Assembly: GCA_965261595.1 (NCBI GenBank)
Contig: CBDHDG010000004.1
Location: forward strand, 256,001-320,000
From: a bacterium
GTDB lineage: Bacteria > UBA8248 > JACPRG01 > G963555815
Direction of reading: 5' to 3'
Length of the DNA: 64,000 nt
Positions 1 through 12,004 of the stretch are shown here, piece after piece; positions within the stretch are counted from its first letter, which is position 1, and each line of letters starts with the position of its first letter. The notes below the pieces were generated by a model that did not search any database, was not told the origin of the DNA, and saw only the letters and a list, made by a program, of their open reading frames with translations. A program made the position numbers and the translations under genes.

Positions 1-1372
1 GGACGCCCTGCTTTTCCGCCTCTCTCAAGACGCTGCACACCCGGGCGTGGGCGTACTGGACGTAATAAACGGGGTTATCCGACGACTGCTCCTTGGCCAG
101 ATCGAGATCGAACTCCAGTGGGCTGTCCGAGCTCCGCATCAAAAGGAAAAAGCGCGCGGCGTCCGTCCCGACCTCGCGCACGACCTCCGAGAGCTCGACG
201 TATTGGCCCTGCCGTGTGGACATCGCGACCGGCCGCCCCCCGCGGGTGAGCGAAACAAGTTGGACGAGCAGGACCCGGAGGTCTTCCGCGGGCCTCCCGA
301 GCATCTGGACGACGGCGCTTATCCTCGGGATATAACCGTGGTGATCGGCGCCCCAGATGTTGATGACCGTGTCGAAACCGCGCTCAAACTTGTTGCGGTG
401 ATAAGCCACGTCTGAAGCCAGATAAGTCGGCCGCCCGTCCTGGCGAATGATGACCCGGTCTTTCTCGTCCTCATACGCCGAGGAGCGGAGCCAATGGGCG
501 CCGTCCTCTTCATAGACCTCATTCCTGGATTTCAGCGCCTCGACCGCCCCGGAAACCTCTCCGCCGTCGAACAAGGATCGCTCGCTGAACCAGACGTCGA
601 ACTCGACGTTGAAGTCCTTCAGGTCTCCCCGGATCCGGACAAGGATGGCTTGCGCGGCGCGCTCCCCGAGCTCTTCGAGAACAGCGTCTTCATCCCGATC
701 CAGGTGAGAGGCCCCCGCCTCGGCGTAAATCTCCTCGGCCAAGTCGGTGATGTACCTCCCCTGATAGCACGCTTCGGGGTACTCGATGTCCTTCCCCGCG
801 GCTTCCTGATAACGGAGATAGACAGACCGTCCGAGGGTTTCAATTTGGTTTCCAGCATCATTAATATAGTATTCTTTTTCAATAAGATATTCTGAATATA
901 TTAATATTCTACTTAAACTATCTCCAACCGCGGCGCCCCGGCCGTGGCCGATGTGGAGCGGGCCCGTCGGGTTGGCGCTGACGAACTCCACCTGGACCCG
1001 CTTGCCCCGGCCGATTTGGGACCTTCCGAAGTTCTCACCCTTCTTCGCGGCTTCAAGAAGCTGTTCCCGAAGGCAGGCCGGGCGGAGAAAAAAATTCAGG
1101 AATCCGGGACCGGCGATCTCCACCCGTTCGATGATCGGGTGCTCATCGCCGATCCGCCGGGCGAGGGCCTCGGCGATTCGGCGCGGGGGCATCTTCTGGA
1201 CAGCGGCCGAGACCATGGCCAGGTTCGTCGAGAAATCCCCGTGCTCCTCCTGCGCGGGGCGCTCGACGGTGAAATTCAAAGCGTCGATGCCCGCGCCGTC
1301 CGATGAGAGGTCTCCGGCCTCGACCGCCTTGCGAAACGCCTCTTTGACCGTTTCCGTCAATGCCTGCTTCAA
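1..1372 (-). CDS. argS: Arginine--tRNA ligase (3' end outside window)
   Basis: Hand translation from TTG at 1372 (SD GAGGTGG): MKQALTETVKEAF...HGDFSTNLAM...PLHIGHGRGAAVGD...EYYINDAGNQI...MSTR...NPVYYVQYAHAR; missing from ORF track because it has no stop in the window. Confidence 0.95.
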   Translation of the reverse strand, partial: MKQALTETVKEAFRKAVEAGDLSSDGAGIDALNFTVERPAQEEHGDFSTNLAMVSAAVQKMPPRRIAEALARRIGDEHPIIERVEIAGPGFLNFFLRPACLREQLLEAAKKGENFGRSQIGRGKRVQVEFVSANPTGPLHIGHGRGAAVGDSLSRILIYSEYLIEKEYYINDAGNQIETLGRSVYLRYQEAAGKDIEYPEACYQGRYITDLAEEIYAEAGASHLDRDEDAVLEELGERAAQAILVRIRGDLKDFNVEFDVWFSERSLFDGGEVSGAVEALKSRNEVYEEDGAHWLRSSAYEDEKDRVIIRQDGRPTYLASDVAYHRNKFERGFDTVINIWGADHHGYIPRISAVVQMLGRPAEDLRVLLVQLVSLTRGGRPVAMSTRQGQYVELSEVVREVGTDAARFFLLMRSSDSPLEFDLDLAKEQSSDNPVYYVQYAHARVCSVLREAEKQGV

Positions 1373-1465
1373 AGACCACCTCGATGGAATAAACGGATTG
1401 TCCACCCGATTCGACAGGGGATATTTGTGTGTGGCGCCCGACGTGTCAATCCCCGCCGGCGCGGG

Positions 1466-2227
1466 TCAGGCGTCCAGGAATTTCAAGGATTTCAAGCGCC
1501 TGCCGCTCACCCCGGTAAGAAAGACTTCGAGGAAGCGCCGCACCTCCGTCCGGACGGCGGGCACGGTCGAGACCTGGAACGCGCGCTCGATCGGCAGAGA
1601 CCCCACGGCCGAGAGGTGCTTGACCGCCCCGGCCGAGAGGCGGAGCCCACCCGATGAGCATCCGGGGCAGCTCAGGTCCCCGGCGCCCGCCTGGAACACC
1701 GCCCCCTTCTCCGCCAGAACCTGACCGCATTTCGCGCACCGGTCCAGGTTGGGCTGATAGCCGAGCTCCCTCAGAAACCGCGCTTCGAACAAGATGAGAG
1801 GGTCTTCGGCCGCCCCGCCTCCCCCTCCCCTCCCCCCTCTCCCGGCCGTTTCCATCCGGTTCAGGACAGCGAGGGACAGGTTGAAGATTTCAGCCTGCGG
1901 CTCCCCGTCCTCGAGCATCCGGTCCAACATCTCCGCCATGACGAGGGCGATTTTGACCTTCTCGAAGTCCCGCCGGAGGCCGTCAAAGCTGCGGAGGACA
2001 TCCGCGGAGTTGAGCCGAAAGAGGTCGGTGTTCTCCTTGCCGTAAAACTCCAGGTGAACGTGCGTCAGCGGCTCCATGGAGCCGGTGAACTTGCTCTTGA
2101 CGCGCCGGGCCGAGCGGGCCACCGCCCGCATCTTTCCGCGCTCCCGGCTGAGGAAGGTCACGATCCGGTCGGCTTCCCCCAGGTTTTGCCGCCTGAGGAC
2201 CAGAGCGTCAGAACGATAAAGGGCCAC
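1466..2227 (-). CDS. recO: DNA repair protein RecO
   Basis: ALVLRRQNLGEADRIVTFLS N-terminus, CxxC...CxxC zinc finger, next to era. Confidence 0.95.
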   Translation of the reverse strand: MALYRSDALVLRRQNLGEADRIVTFLSRERGKMRAVARSARRVKSKFTGSMEPLTHVHLEFYGKENTDLFRLNSADVLRSFDGLRRDFEKVKIALVMAEMLDRMLEDGEPQAEIFNLSLAVLNRMETAGRGGRGGGGGAAEDPLILFEARFLRELGYQPNLDRCAKCGQVLAEKGAVFQAGAGDLSCPGCSSGGLRLSAGAVKHLSAVGSLPIERAFQVSTVPAVRTEVRRFLEVFLTGVSGRRLKSLKFLDA

Positions 2228-2252
2228 AAATCGTCTCTTTCCAGGAAACGCC

Positions 2253-3134
2253 CTACCGCCGGTCGAATCCGAGCTCTCTCAACATTCGCTCGGAGCGGCT
2301 CCAGTTCTTCTTGACGCGGACGCGCAGATCCAGGTAGATCGGCGTCCCGAACCACTCCTCCAGGGCCGGGCGGGCGGCGGAGCCAATCTTCTTGATCATC
2401 CGGCCCTTGCTGCCGATGAGCATCGGCTTCTGGGACTCTTTCTCGACATAGAGGGTCGCTATCACGTTCAACCGCTCCAATTCGAGATCCGCCTGGATGC
2501 TTTCCACGTCCACGGCGGACGCGTATGGAAGCTCCTGGGCCGTCGCGCGGATGACCTGCTCGCGGATCAACTCGGCCGCCATCTCTTCCTCCGCCTGGTC
2601 GGTCACGATGTCCGCCGGATAGAGCGGCTCCCCTTCCGGCAGGGTCTCTTCGACCGCATCGAGGAGGCTTTGCACGTTGTCTCCCGTCAGCGCCGAGATC
2701 GGAAAAACCTCCGCGAACTCCCGCAGACCCCGGTACCGGTCGATGAGGGGAAGCAGGTCGGGCTTCGAGGCGCGATCCACCTTGTTGATTACAAGGAACG
2801 AGGCCGGCCCGGACAGCTCCTCCAAGAGCGGCCTGTCCAGCTCGGCCGAGCGGGCGGCCGGCTCCGTCATGAACAGGAGGAGGTCCACGCCCGAGCGCGC
2901 GGCGTCGATCTCCCGTCTCAGGTACCGGTTCATGAGGGAATCAGTGCTCGGGACTCCGGGGGTGTCGATGAAAACCGTTTGGGCGTTCTCCGTGTTGCGG
3001 ATCCCCAGAACGCGCATCCGGGTTGTTCCGGGCTTTCGCGAGACGATGGCGACCTTCCGGCCCAAGGCCCGGTTGAGGAAGGTGGACTTCCCGACGTTGG
3101 GCCGTCCCACAATCGCCACGAATCCGGATTTCAA
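2253..3134 (-). CDS. era: GTPase Era
   Basis: GRPNVGKS, DTPG, NKVD, C-terminal KH domain (IGSKG). Confidence 0.97.
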   Translation of the reverse strand: MKSGFVAIVGRPNVGKSTFLNRALGRKVAIVSRKPGTTRMRVLGIRNTENAQTVFIDTPGVPSTDSLMNRYLRREIDAARSGVDLLLFMTEPAARSAELDRPLLEELSGPASFLVINKVDRASKPDLLPLIDRYRGLREFAEVFPISALTGDNVQSLLDAVEETLPEGEPLYPADIVTDQAEEEMAAELIREQVIRATAQELPYASAVDVESIQADLELERLNVIATLYVEKESQKPMLIGSKGRMIKKIGSAARPALEEWFGTPIYLDLRVRVKKNWSRSERMLRELGFDRR

Positions 3135-3239
3135 GTGTTCATCTCCCGTTGAATCAACCCGGTTGGGGGTTCATCGAAACGATTACCGACTGCCTTTTTA
3201 AACGGGTGCCGCCGGCCGCCTGTCTCCCGGCGCCTCCTC

Positions 3240-3935
3240 TTACTTGCCGTCCCAAAGGGACCACCTTCCCCGCTTCATCGCTCTCAGAACCGCGTCGGCC
3301 GCCGCCGGCGGACTCGGCTTCCGTTTGAATCTCAACACTAGCCCGGGATGGATCAGGTCGGGGTCGGCGATCCCCTCCCGGTTGGCCTCATACAAGAGCG
3401 GCCACTTGAACGGGTCATTATAAACCCGGGCGTAGCCGGATATCCTCCACAAACTCTCGCCCCGGACCACCCGGTGACGCCCGTCGGGACGAGACGCCTT
3501 TGTTGAGTCCCCGCCATTCTTCTTATCCGGTTTGGCGGGAATGGCGGCAACCGAAACGCTCCGGGTCGCCGGGTCGCCTTCTTCCGCGGCCTTTCGGCCC
3601 TTCAACACAGGCCGGCGGCCCGCCCGCCGGGCGAGGTCTTCCGCCTCCAGCGCGACCCGCCTCGCCTCGACGGCGTTATCCCGCGCCCGGCCGTAGCGCG
3701 AGGACTCCACACCGCGGACGGACTCCTCGAACAGGTATTTGGCCAGGATGAATTCCACCGGCGCGCGCTCTTCGGCCCCGGCGGCCTTCGCGGCCGAGAT
3801 GGCGACGTCCGCGCCCGCCATCTCGCCGACGGGCGGCCGGCCGGCGCACGCGGCCAGCGTCAGAGCGATCAGGGGAATAGAGAAAAAGGGATGGAACGGA
3901 CGAAACGGAAACAGGACTCGTCGAATTTGACCCAA
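3240..3935 (-). CDS. Lipoprotein with helical (DUF4398-like) region and C-terminal LysM domain
   Basis: Lipobox LAAC; HRVVRGESLWRIS...W..LYEAN...DPDLIHPG. Confidence 0.8.
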   Translation of the reverse strand: MGQIRRVLFPFRPFHPFFSIPLIALTLAACAGRPPVGEMAGADVAISAAKAAGAEERAPVEFILAKYLFEESVRGVESSRYGRARDNAVEARRVALEAEDLARRAGRRPVLKGRKAAEEGDPATRSVSVAAIPAKPDKKNGGDSTKASRPDGRHRVVRGESLWRISGYARVYNDPFKWPLLYEANREGIADPDLIHPGLVLRFKRKPSPPAAADAVLRAMKRGRWSLWDGK

Positions 3936-4192
3936 TATCTAGGGACCTCTCCACCGGTCCCTCCCGACGACCGCGGCGCGGCCCCTCCTCCGGGACCGCC
4001 CCTTCGAATTCAACCAATCAGGAATTTAGGCCGCAATGGAATTTCGTCAAGGGGAGCGGGGTGGGGCCTTTCCCTTCGGCCAGGTTATCCGCGTGGTAAT
4101 TATCCCTTCACCGCAGGTAAACAAACTGGCGGATATTGGATTGAATTCTCCGTGGAGGCGGTATAAGTTCTCGATAACCCGGGAGATTGTTC

Positions 4193-4220
4193 TTGACATC
4201 GTTTCGCTCAAGACTAAACT
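4193..4220 (+). promoter_or_regulatory. sigma70-type promoter for 60-aa ORF
   Basis: TTGACA-N16-TAAACT, 27 bp upstream of ATG 4248. Confidence 0.55.
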
Positions 4221-4247
4221 GCCCCCGTCTCGTGGAGAGGATGGTAA

Positions 4248-4430
4248 ATGGAAGCGGGCAATGAATTCACTCCGGAGGGACGTCTTTGGTTAGCGATTCG
4301 TGAGGAGCTAACCCATGAGCAGCGAATAGAAAAAGCGAGAGAATTCCACGACCGGGGCGAGGATTTAGAGACAGTTCTTGCAATTTTCCCTGAATACCAA
4401 GAGGTTGTAAAAGAAAGAAAAGTCGGCTAA
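4248..4430 (+). CDS. Small hypothetical protein (60 aa)
   Basis: ATG with GGAGAGG SD and upstream promoter; lower GC. Confidence 0.55.
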   Translation: MEAGNEFTPEGRLWLAIREELTHEQRIEKAREFHDRGEDLETVLAIFPEYQEVVKERKVG

Positions 4431-4720
4431 TCCGACAGCCCCCGCCGTTTCATGGCCCAGCGAACCAGATCATCTATTGTCCATTTGGAACCTTCCGGAT
4501 TTGCTTGGCTAATCGCCCCGAGCCATCCTCTGGCCTCATCAAAAAAATCCATTTTTGAGTAACACCCATCGAAAATCTTGTCCACGATTTTGCCTATCGC
4601 CACGCCCCTGTCCAAAAGCGTTTCAACCATTAAGCGCCGAGCCGTTGGATTCTCAAGCTCCCCACGTTGTTCCAGCTGTTTTAGGGCCGCGATTTTTTCA
4701 GTCTCGCTTTTCTTCGCCAC
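4427..4720 (-). CDS. Hypothetical protein (~97 aa)
   Basis: GTG 4720 after GGGAGA; protein-like composition; stop overlaps the convergent 60-aa ORF. Confidence 0.55.
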   Translation of the reverse strand: MAKKSETEKIAALKQLEQRGELENPTARRLMVETLLDRGVAIGKIVDKIFDGCYSKMDFFDEARGWLGAISQANPEGSKWTIDDLVRWAMKRRGLSD

Positions 4721-4908
4721 CCAATCTCTCCCGTCCCAAATAAATATTCGTGTCGCGTCCCTCAAATTCGTCGTTTAAATATTGGACCGTTTCCAACATC
4801 GGCAGCCTTGTCATTTCCAGGAAATACGGTGCGCTCACTGCCGTGACCGATATGAGGTCTTTGCGGGACCGCGACCCCAGCCTCTTGCTCTTTTCCGAGA
4901 AATCCGCG

Positions 4909-6813
4909 TTACGCGCGCCCCTTTCCATACCCGATCCCCTCCAGCAGCTTCGCGATCTCATCGAGGACGGCCGGGTCATCGATTGTCGCCGGAACGGTGC
5001 ACTCCTCATTGTCGGCGATCTTTTGCATCGTGCCCCGCAGGATCTTCCCCGACCGCGTCTTCGGCAGCCGCTCCGCGACGGCCGCCGTTTTGAACGAGGC
5101 GACCGGGCCGATCTTATCCCGGACGAGCCGGACGGCCTCGCCGACGATCTCGCCGTGCTCGCGGACGACCCCCGCATTCAGGACGAGAAAGCCCACCGGG
5201 ACCTGCCCCTTGATTGCGTCCGCCGCGCCGATGACGGCGCATTCCGCGATATCCGGATGCGAGGCCAGCACCTCCTCCATCGCGCCGGTCGAGAGCCGGT
5301 GGCCCGCCACGTTGATGATGTCGTCGGTGCGGGACATGACATAGACGTATCCATCCTCGTCCACGTAACCGGCGTCGCCGGTCTGGTAGTATCCCGGAAA
5401 TTCCTCCAGGTAAGACGAGCGGTAGCCCTCCTCGTTGTTCCAAAGGGTCGGCAGGCTTCCGGGCGGCAGGGGCAGCTTGACGACGAGGGCGCCGATCTTT
5501 CCCCTTTCGACCTCCCGGTTCTTTTCGTCCACAACGCCCACGTCCCACCCGGGGGCGGGCTTCGTCGGCGACCCCGCCTTGACCAGAAGCCGCTCCAGGC
5601 CGATGCAGTTGGCGACGATGGCCCAGCCCGTCTCGGTCTGCCACCAGTGGTCGATCACCGGCACGCCGAGCCGGTCCTCCGCCCAGTGCAGTGTGTCCGG
5701 GTCGCACCGCTCCCCGGCGAGGAACAGCGTTTCAAACCGGGAGAGATCGTGCTTCTTGATGTGCTCCCCTTCCGGGTCGTCCCGCTTGATGGCCCGGAAG
5801 GCCGTGGGCGCGGTGAACATGACCCGGACCCCGTGCTGCGAGATGACCCGCCAGAAGGCCCCCGCGTCCGGCGTGCCCACAGGTTTGCCCTCGTACAGGA
5901 CAGTCGTGCAGCCGTGGAACAGGGGGGCGTAGACGATGTAGGAATGACCAACGACCCAGCCGATGTCCGAGGCCGCCCAGTACGCGTCGCCCGGATCGAC
6001 GCCGTAGACGTTCTTCATCGTCCACTTGAGCGCGACGGCGTGGCCGCCGTTGTCGCGGACGATCCCCTTCGGCTGGCCGGTCGTCCCCGAGGTGTAGAGA
6101 ATATAGAGCGGGTCCGTGGCCGCCACCGGAACACAGTCGTGGGGCGCCGCCGCCGCGTTCACCTCTTCCCAGTCCAGGTCCCGGCCGGGCGTCAGGTCGC
6201 AGCCCTCCTGAGGCCGCTGGACGATCACGCAGCCCTCCGGCTTGGCGGCGGCCAAATCGATCGCTTCGTCCAGCAAAGGCTTGTACGCGATGACGCGGCT
6301 CACCTCGATGCCGCACGAGGCCGAGACAATGATCTTGGGCTTGGCGTCGTCGATCCGGGTCGCCAGCTCCCGCGCGGCGAATCCGCCGAACACGACCGAA
6401 TGCACCGCCCCGATGCGGGCGCAGGCGAGCATCGCCATCACCGCCTCGGGAATCATCGGCATGTAAAGGAGCACCCGGTCCCCCTTGCGCACTCCCCGCG
6501 CGGCCAGCGCGCCGGCGAACCGGGCGGTCCGGTCCAAGATCTCCCGGTAGGTGAACGTCCGGACGGTGTCCGTCACCGGGCTGTCGTAGATCAGCGCCGG
6601 CTGATCCGCCCGGCCTTCCTCGACATGGCGGTCCAGGGCGTTCTCACAGGTGTTGAGCGCGCCGCCGGTGAACCAGCGGTGGAAGGGCGCGCGCGAGTCG
6701 TCCAGGACCTTGTCCCACTTCTTGATCCAACGGACGTCCTCCGCCGCCTCCGCCCAGAAGGCCTCGGGCCGGGCGAGAGACGCTTCGTACGCCGTTTGGT
6801 AGGAGCCGGTCAT
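4909..6813 (-). CDS. prpE: Propionyl-CoA synthetase (acetate/propionate-CoA ligase family)
   Basis: YTSGTTGQPKG, DHWWQTETG, LPKTRSGKILR. Confidence 0.88.
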   Translation of the reverse strand: MTGSYQTAYEASLARPEAFWAEAAEDVRWIKKWDKVLDDSRAPFHRWFTGGALNTCENALDRHVEEGRADQPALIYDSPVTDTVRTFTYREILDRTARFAGALAARGVRKGDRVLLYMPMIPEAVMAMLACARIGAVHSVVFGGFAARELATRIDDAKPKIIVSASCGIEVSRVIAYKPLLDEAIDLAAAKPEGCVIVQRPQEGCDLTPGRDLDWEEVNAAAAPHDCVPVAATDPLYILYTSGTTGQPKGIVRDNGGHAVALKWTMKNVYGVDPGDAYWAASDIGWVVGHSYIVYAPLFHGCTTVLYEGKPVGTPDAGAFWRVISQHGVRVMFTAPTAFRAIKRDDPEGEHIKKHDLSRFETLFLAGERCDPDTLHWAEDRLGVPVIDHWWQTETGWAIVANCIGLERLLVKAGSPTKPAPGWDVGVVDEKNREVERGKIGALVVKLPLPPGSLPTLWNNEEGYRSSYLEEFPGYYQTGDAGYVDEDGYVYVMSRTDDIINVAGHRLSTGAMEEVLASHPDIAECAVIGAADAIKGQVPVGFLVLNAGVVREHGEIVGEAVRLVRDKIGPVASFKTAAVAERLPKTRSGKILRGTMQKIADNEECTVPATIDDPAVLDEIAKLLEGIGYGKGRA

Positions 6814-6831
6814 GGAATTCTCCCCCCCTTG

Positions 6832-8604
<1,773 letters not shown>

Positions 8605-8712
8605 CTGAAGTACATCCCTTCCGCCTGGGGGCGGCGGAGGGAAGGGGCTCGGCCTTCCGTCTCCGCCCCGATTGATCGGCCTTGCAGCGCCGGCCCTTTC
8701 GATTTGGCTCTC

Positions 8713-9219
8713 CTAGAACAAATAAGGCCGGGCCCGCTTCTTCCATTCATGGGACGTCTTGCGTCCCGGGCCGAGATGCTCGAGGGCCGCCTTGACCCCC
8801 TCCAGGACCCGAATCCCCTCTTTCCCGCGAAGGCCGCCCACCCCCCGGCCGATAGGGATCCAGGCCCGGTTGTGCAGCACTTCGACCCAACGCTGATCGA
8901 ACCCCATGCTCACCTTCTGGAGGATGAGGCGCGCCGCCTGGATATCCCTGAACCGCAGCCCGCGTCTGAGGTCCGTCGGATGGCAGGAATGGATATCCAC
9001 CCACGAGACCCCGTTCTCGGTCAACTCGATCGTGGCCGGACACGTCACCGCCCTGGGCAGATACCGGCGCAGCGAGATCAGCGCGTCGGTCCCGGCCCCC
9101 TTCGGGAGCAACGAAGCCACCGGGTCCGGGCGGGGCGCGGCGGGGGTTCTCCCGCAGCCCCCCAGGACGCCGACCAGAAAGAGCAGGCCAAGGACCCTTC
9201 CGCCGTAACGAACGCCCAC
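8713..9219 (-). CDS. Hypothetical lipoprotein
   Basis: GTG 9219, hydrophobic leader ending VLGGC. Confidence 0.5.
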   Translation of the reverse strand: MGVRYGGRVLGLLFLVGVLGGCGRTPAAPRPDPVASLLPKGAGTDALISLRRYLPRAVTCPATIELTENGVSWVDIHSCHPTDLRRGLRFRDIQAARLILQKVSMGFDQRWVEVLHNRAWIPIGRGVGGLRGKEGIRVLEGVKAALEHLGPGRKTSHEWKKRARPYLF

Positions 9220-9422
9220 CGAATCCCTTTCCCAACCAGCCCGGGCCGAACCTCCATTCAAAAGAGCAATGTTATATGGGACAAAGAAGGCAGGCAACCC
9301 GATCCGTCCACGCTCCGGCCCTCCCGCCGCGACGGCGCCCCCCCGGGGGATAAACGAATCCGTTGTTTGATCATCACCGGAATGATATAAGACCTGAACT
9401 GAGCGCAAAATTGGCGAAAGAA

Positions 9423-11905
9423 ATGATCGCTCCTTTCTTCCATGCGGCCATCGGCCTGGTAACGGGGATTGTGGTCTTGTCCCCCCGGACCTCCCTGTCT
9501 TTGACGGCCGCGTGGTGCGCCCTGGCCGGCACGTCCCTTCTCTACCTTTTTCGCGATCCCAAGAAACGGCGGGCCGCCTGGACCGGCGTGGCCGCCTTTG
9601 CGGTTGGGCTCTGCCTGCATCCGCTCCAGTCGCAATGGGAAACCAAGCTCGAGCTTCTGCCGAAGAACCTGCGATCGCGCCGGGTGACGTTGTACGGCCG
9701 GGTGGACAGCCCGATTGAGCGCGGCGGACGGTCCGAGCGGATTTTGCTTCGGATGGAGAAAATCGAAACGCCCGGCGGCGCGATCCCGATCCGCAGCCGG
9801 GCCCGCCTCACCTTCTACAGCCGGGGACTCGAAGCCCGATACGGCGACCGCGTGCGCGTGGATCGTGTGCGCCTGCACCACTCCAAGGGGTTCGGGAATC
9901 CGGGGTCGTTCGATTACGAGGCGTACCTGGCCGTGCGGGGAATCGCCGCCGTCGGCGGCGTGAGCCGGGTCTCGCGGCTCACCATCCTCGAAAGGGGCGG
10001 CGGGTCCCGGATTTTTTCCGCGCTCTACGGTGTGCGCGAGCGATTGCTGAAAACCGTCCGGAGCGCCTTGCCGCCCCCCGGCTCCCACGTCCTCAGCGCC
10101 CTGCTCTACGGGGAGCGCAGGGGCGTCCCCGCGAAGATCCGCGACGCCTTCTACGACACGGGGGCGGGTCACCTGCTGGCCATCTCCGGCCTGCACGTCG
10201 GATTTGTGGCCTTCTTTCTCTACCGGCTTCTCCTTTGGATGGGCCGCTGGACGCCGAGGGCCGTCCGGATGCGGACGCCCTCCTCTCTCACGCCGGGCCG
10301 CCTGGCCGCGCTGGGCGCGATCCCCCTGGTCCTGGCCTACATGGTCATCGCCGGCGCGCGGGTGTCCACCGTGCGGGCCGCCCTCATGGTCGTCGCCTAT
10401 CTCCTCGCGCAATTTTTTCAGCGGGACCGGGACCGCTACAACACCCTCGGCCTCGCCGCCCTCTTCATCCTCTTGTGGGACCGCCAGTTTTTGTTCGACG
10501 CCGGGTTCCAGCTTTTCTTCATTGCCGTTCTGGTCATCCTGACCGGCGCTCGGCAAGCGTCCTCCCCCTCCCCGGGCGCTCCGCCCCCGAGCCGGGTCGC
10601 GGCTTCATCCGGGTGACGGTTTGGGTCTCGGTGGCGATGATCCCGATTGTGGCGTCTCACTTTCACCGGGTCGGCCTGTACGCCATCGCGGCGAATCTCG
10701 CGCTCATCCCCGTGACCTCGCTCGTCGTGCCCTCGGGACTGGCGGCCTCCGTCCTGGGAAGCGCGATCCCGTGGGCGGCGGACGCCCTGTTTTATCCCGT
10801 CCACCTTCTTCTGCTCCTTCTGACCCACGGCGCGCAGTGGATCGCCGCGCTGCCCCATGCCACAATCCGCGTCCTACCGCCCTCGCCCATGATGCTCATC
10901 GCGCTCTACAGCGCCGCGGCCGCCTGGATCCTGCTGGACCGTCGGAAGGTCCTCACGCGCGCGGGGATCGGGGCGTGCGCCGTCGTCTTCGGCGTTTCCC
11001 TCACCTGGAACCTCCTCGAGCGGTCCCGCGCCGCGAAGCAGGGCGAGCTGGAAATCTTCTTTCTCGACGTGGGCGACGCGGATGCGACGTTCGTCAGGCT
11101 GCCCGACGGTCGGACGCTCCTGGTGGACGCGGCGGGCCGGTTCTCTGAATCATTCGACGTGGGAAAGGCCGTCGTCGTTCCATTCCTGGAAACACAATGG
11201 ATCCGGCGCCTGGACTACGCCCTGTTGACCCATCCGGAGCGGGACCACGCGGGCGGATTGCTGGCCGTCCTGGGATCGATGTCGGTGGGGCAGCTCTGGG
11301 AAAGCGGCCTGCGCTCGACCAACCCGCTTCGCGGCCGGGTCCTGCTGGCGGCGGCGGCCCGCGCGGTGCCGCTCCATCGGCTCCGGCGGGGCGCGAAGAT
11401 AAGCGGGCGCGGCTACCGGATTGAGGTCCTCCATCCAAGCCCCGAGCGGAAAACCGTCGGGTATCGCCGGGACAACGATCACTCGGTCGTCCTCCGCATC
11501 GTCCACGGGAAGGTGCGCATCCTGCTGGCCTCGGACCTGGAGCGGCGCGGCGAGCGGGAGCTCCTCCGCTCGGGGGAAAACCTCCGCGCCGAGGTCCTGC
11601 GGGTCCCCCATCACGGAAGCCGCACGTCCAGCTCGTGGCCCTTCCTTCGGCGGGTCCGTCCGCGCGCCGCCGTCATCTCCGCCGGCCGTCCGTGGCGGGG
11701 GCACCCCTCGCGGAAAGTCATTTCCCGCTACCGGCGGATGGGCGCGAAGGTCTTTCGCACGGACCTCGACGGGGCGGTCCGGATGTGGTCCGACGGGAAA
11801 ACCTACCGCCTGGAGAGCACGCGCCGGCCGGGGCGCCGGTTCGAGGCCAAGGGGGAAGGGATGGCGCCCACACGCGTCGCGGCGGAGCGCCGGCGGACCG
11901 ATTGA
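9423..11905 (+). pseudogene. comEC: ComEC/Rec2 DNA-uptake channel, split by one frameshift near 10598
   Basis: ORF to 10616 has NPGSFDY, HLLAISGLH, GFQL; second frame continues with TM helices and the beta-lactamase fold (DVGDAD, THPERDHAGG, PHHGS). Confidence 0.85.
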
Positions 11906-12004
11906 CTTCCCGGCACCCCGGACCCATTCTTTCCCGGGGGTGCGGACGCCCCCCATACGCGGAGGACAAGGGCGTTTCGGATTCACCCGCCGGGAGAGCG
12001 CGCT

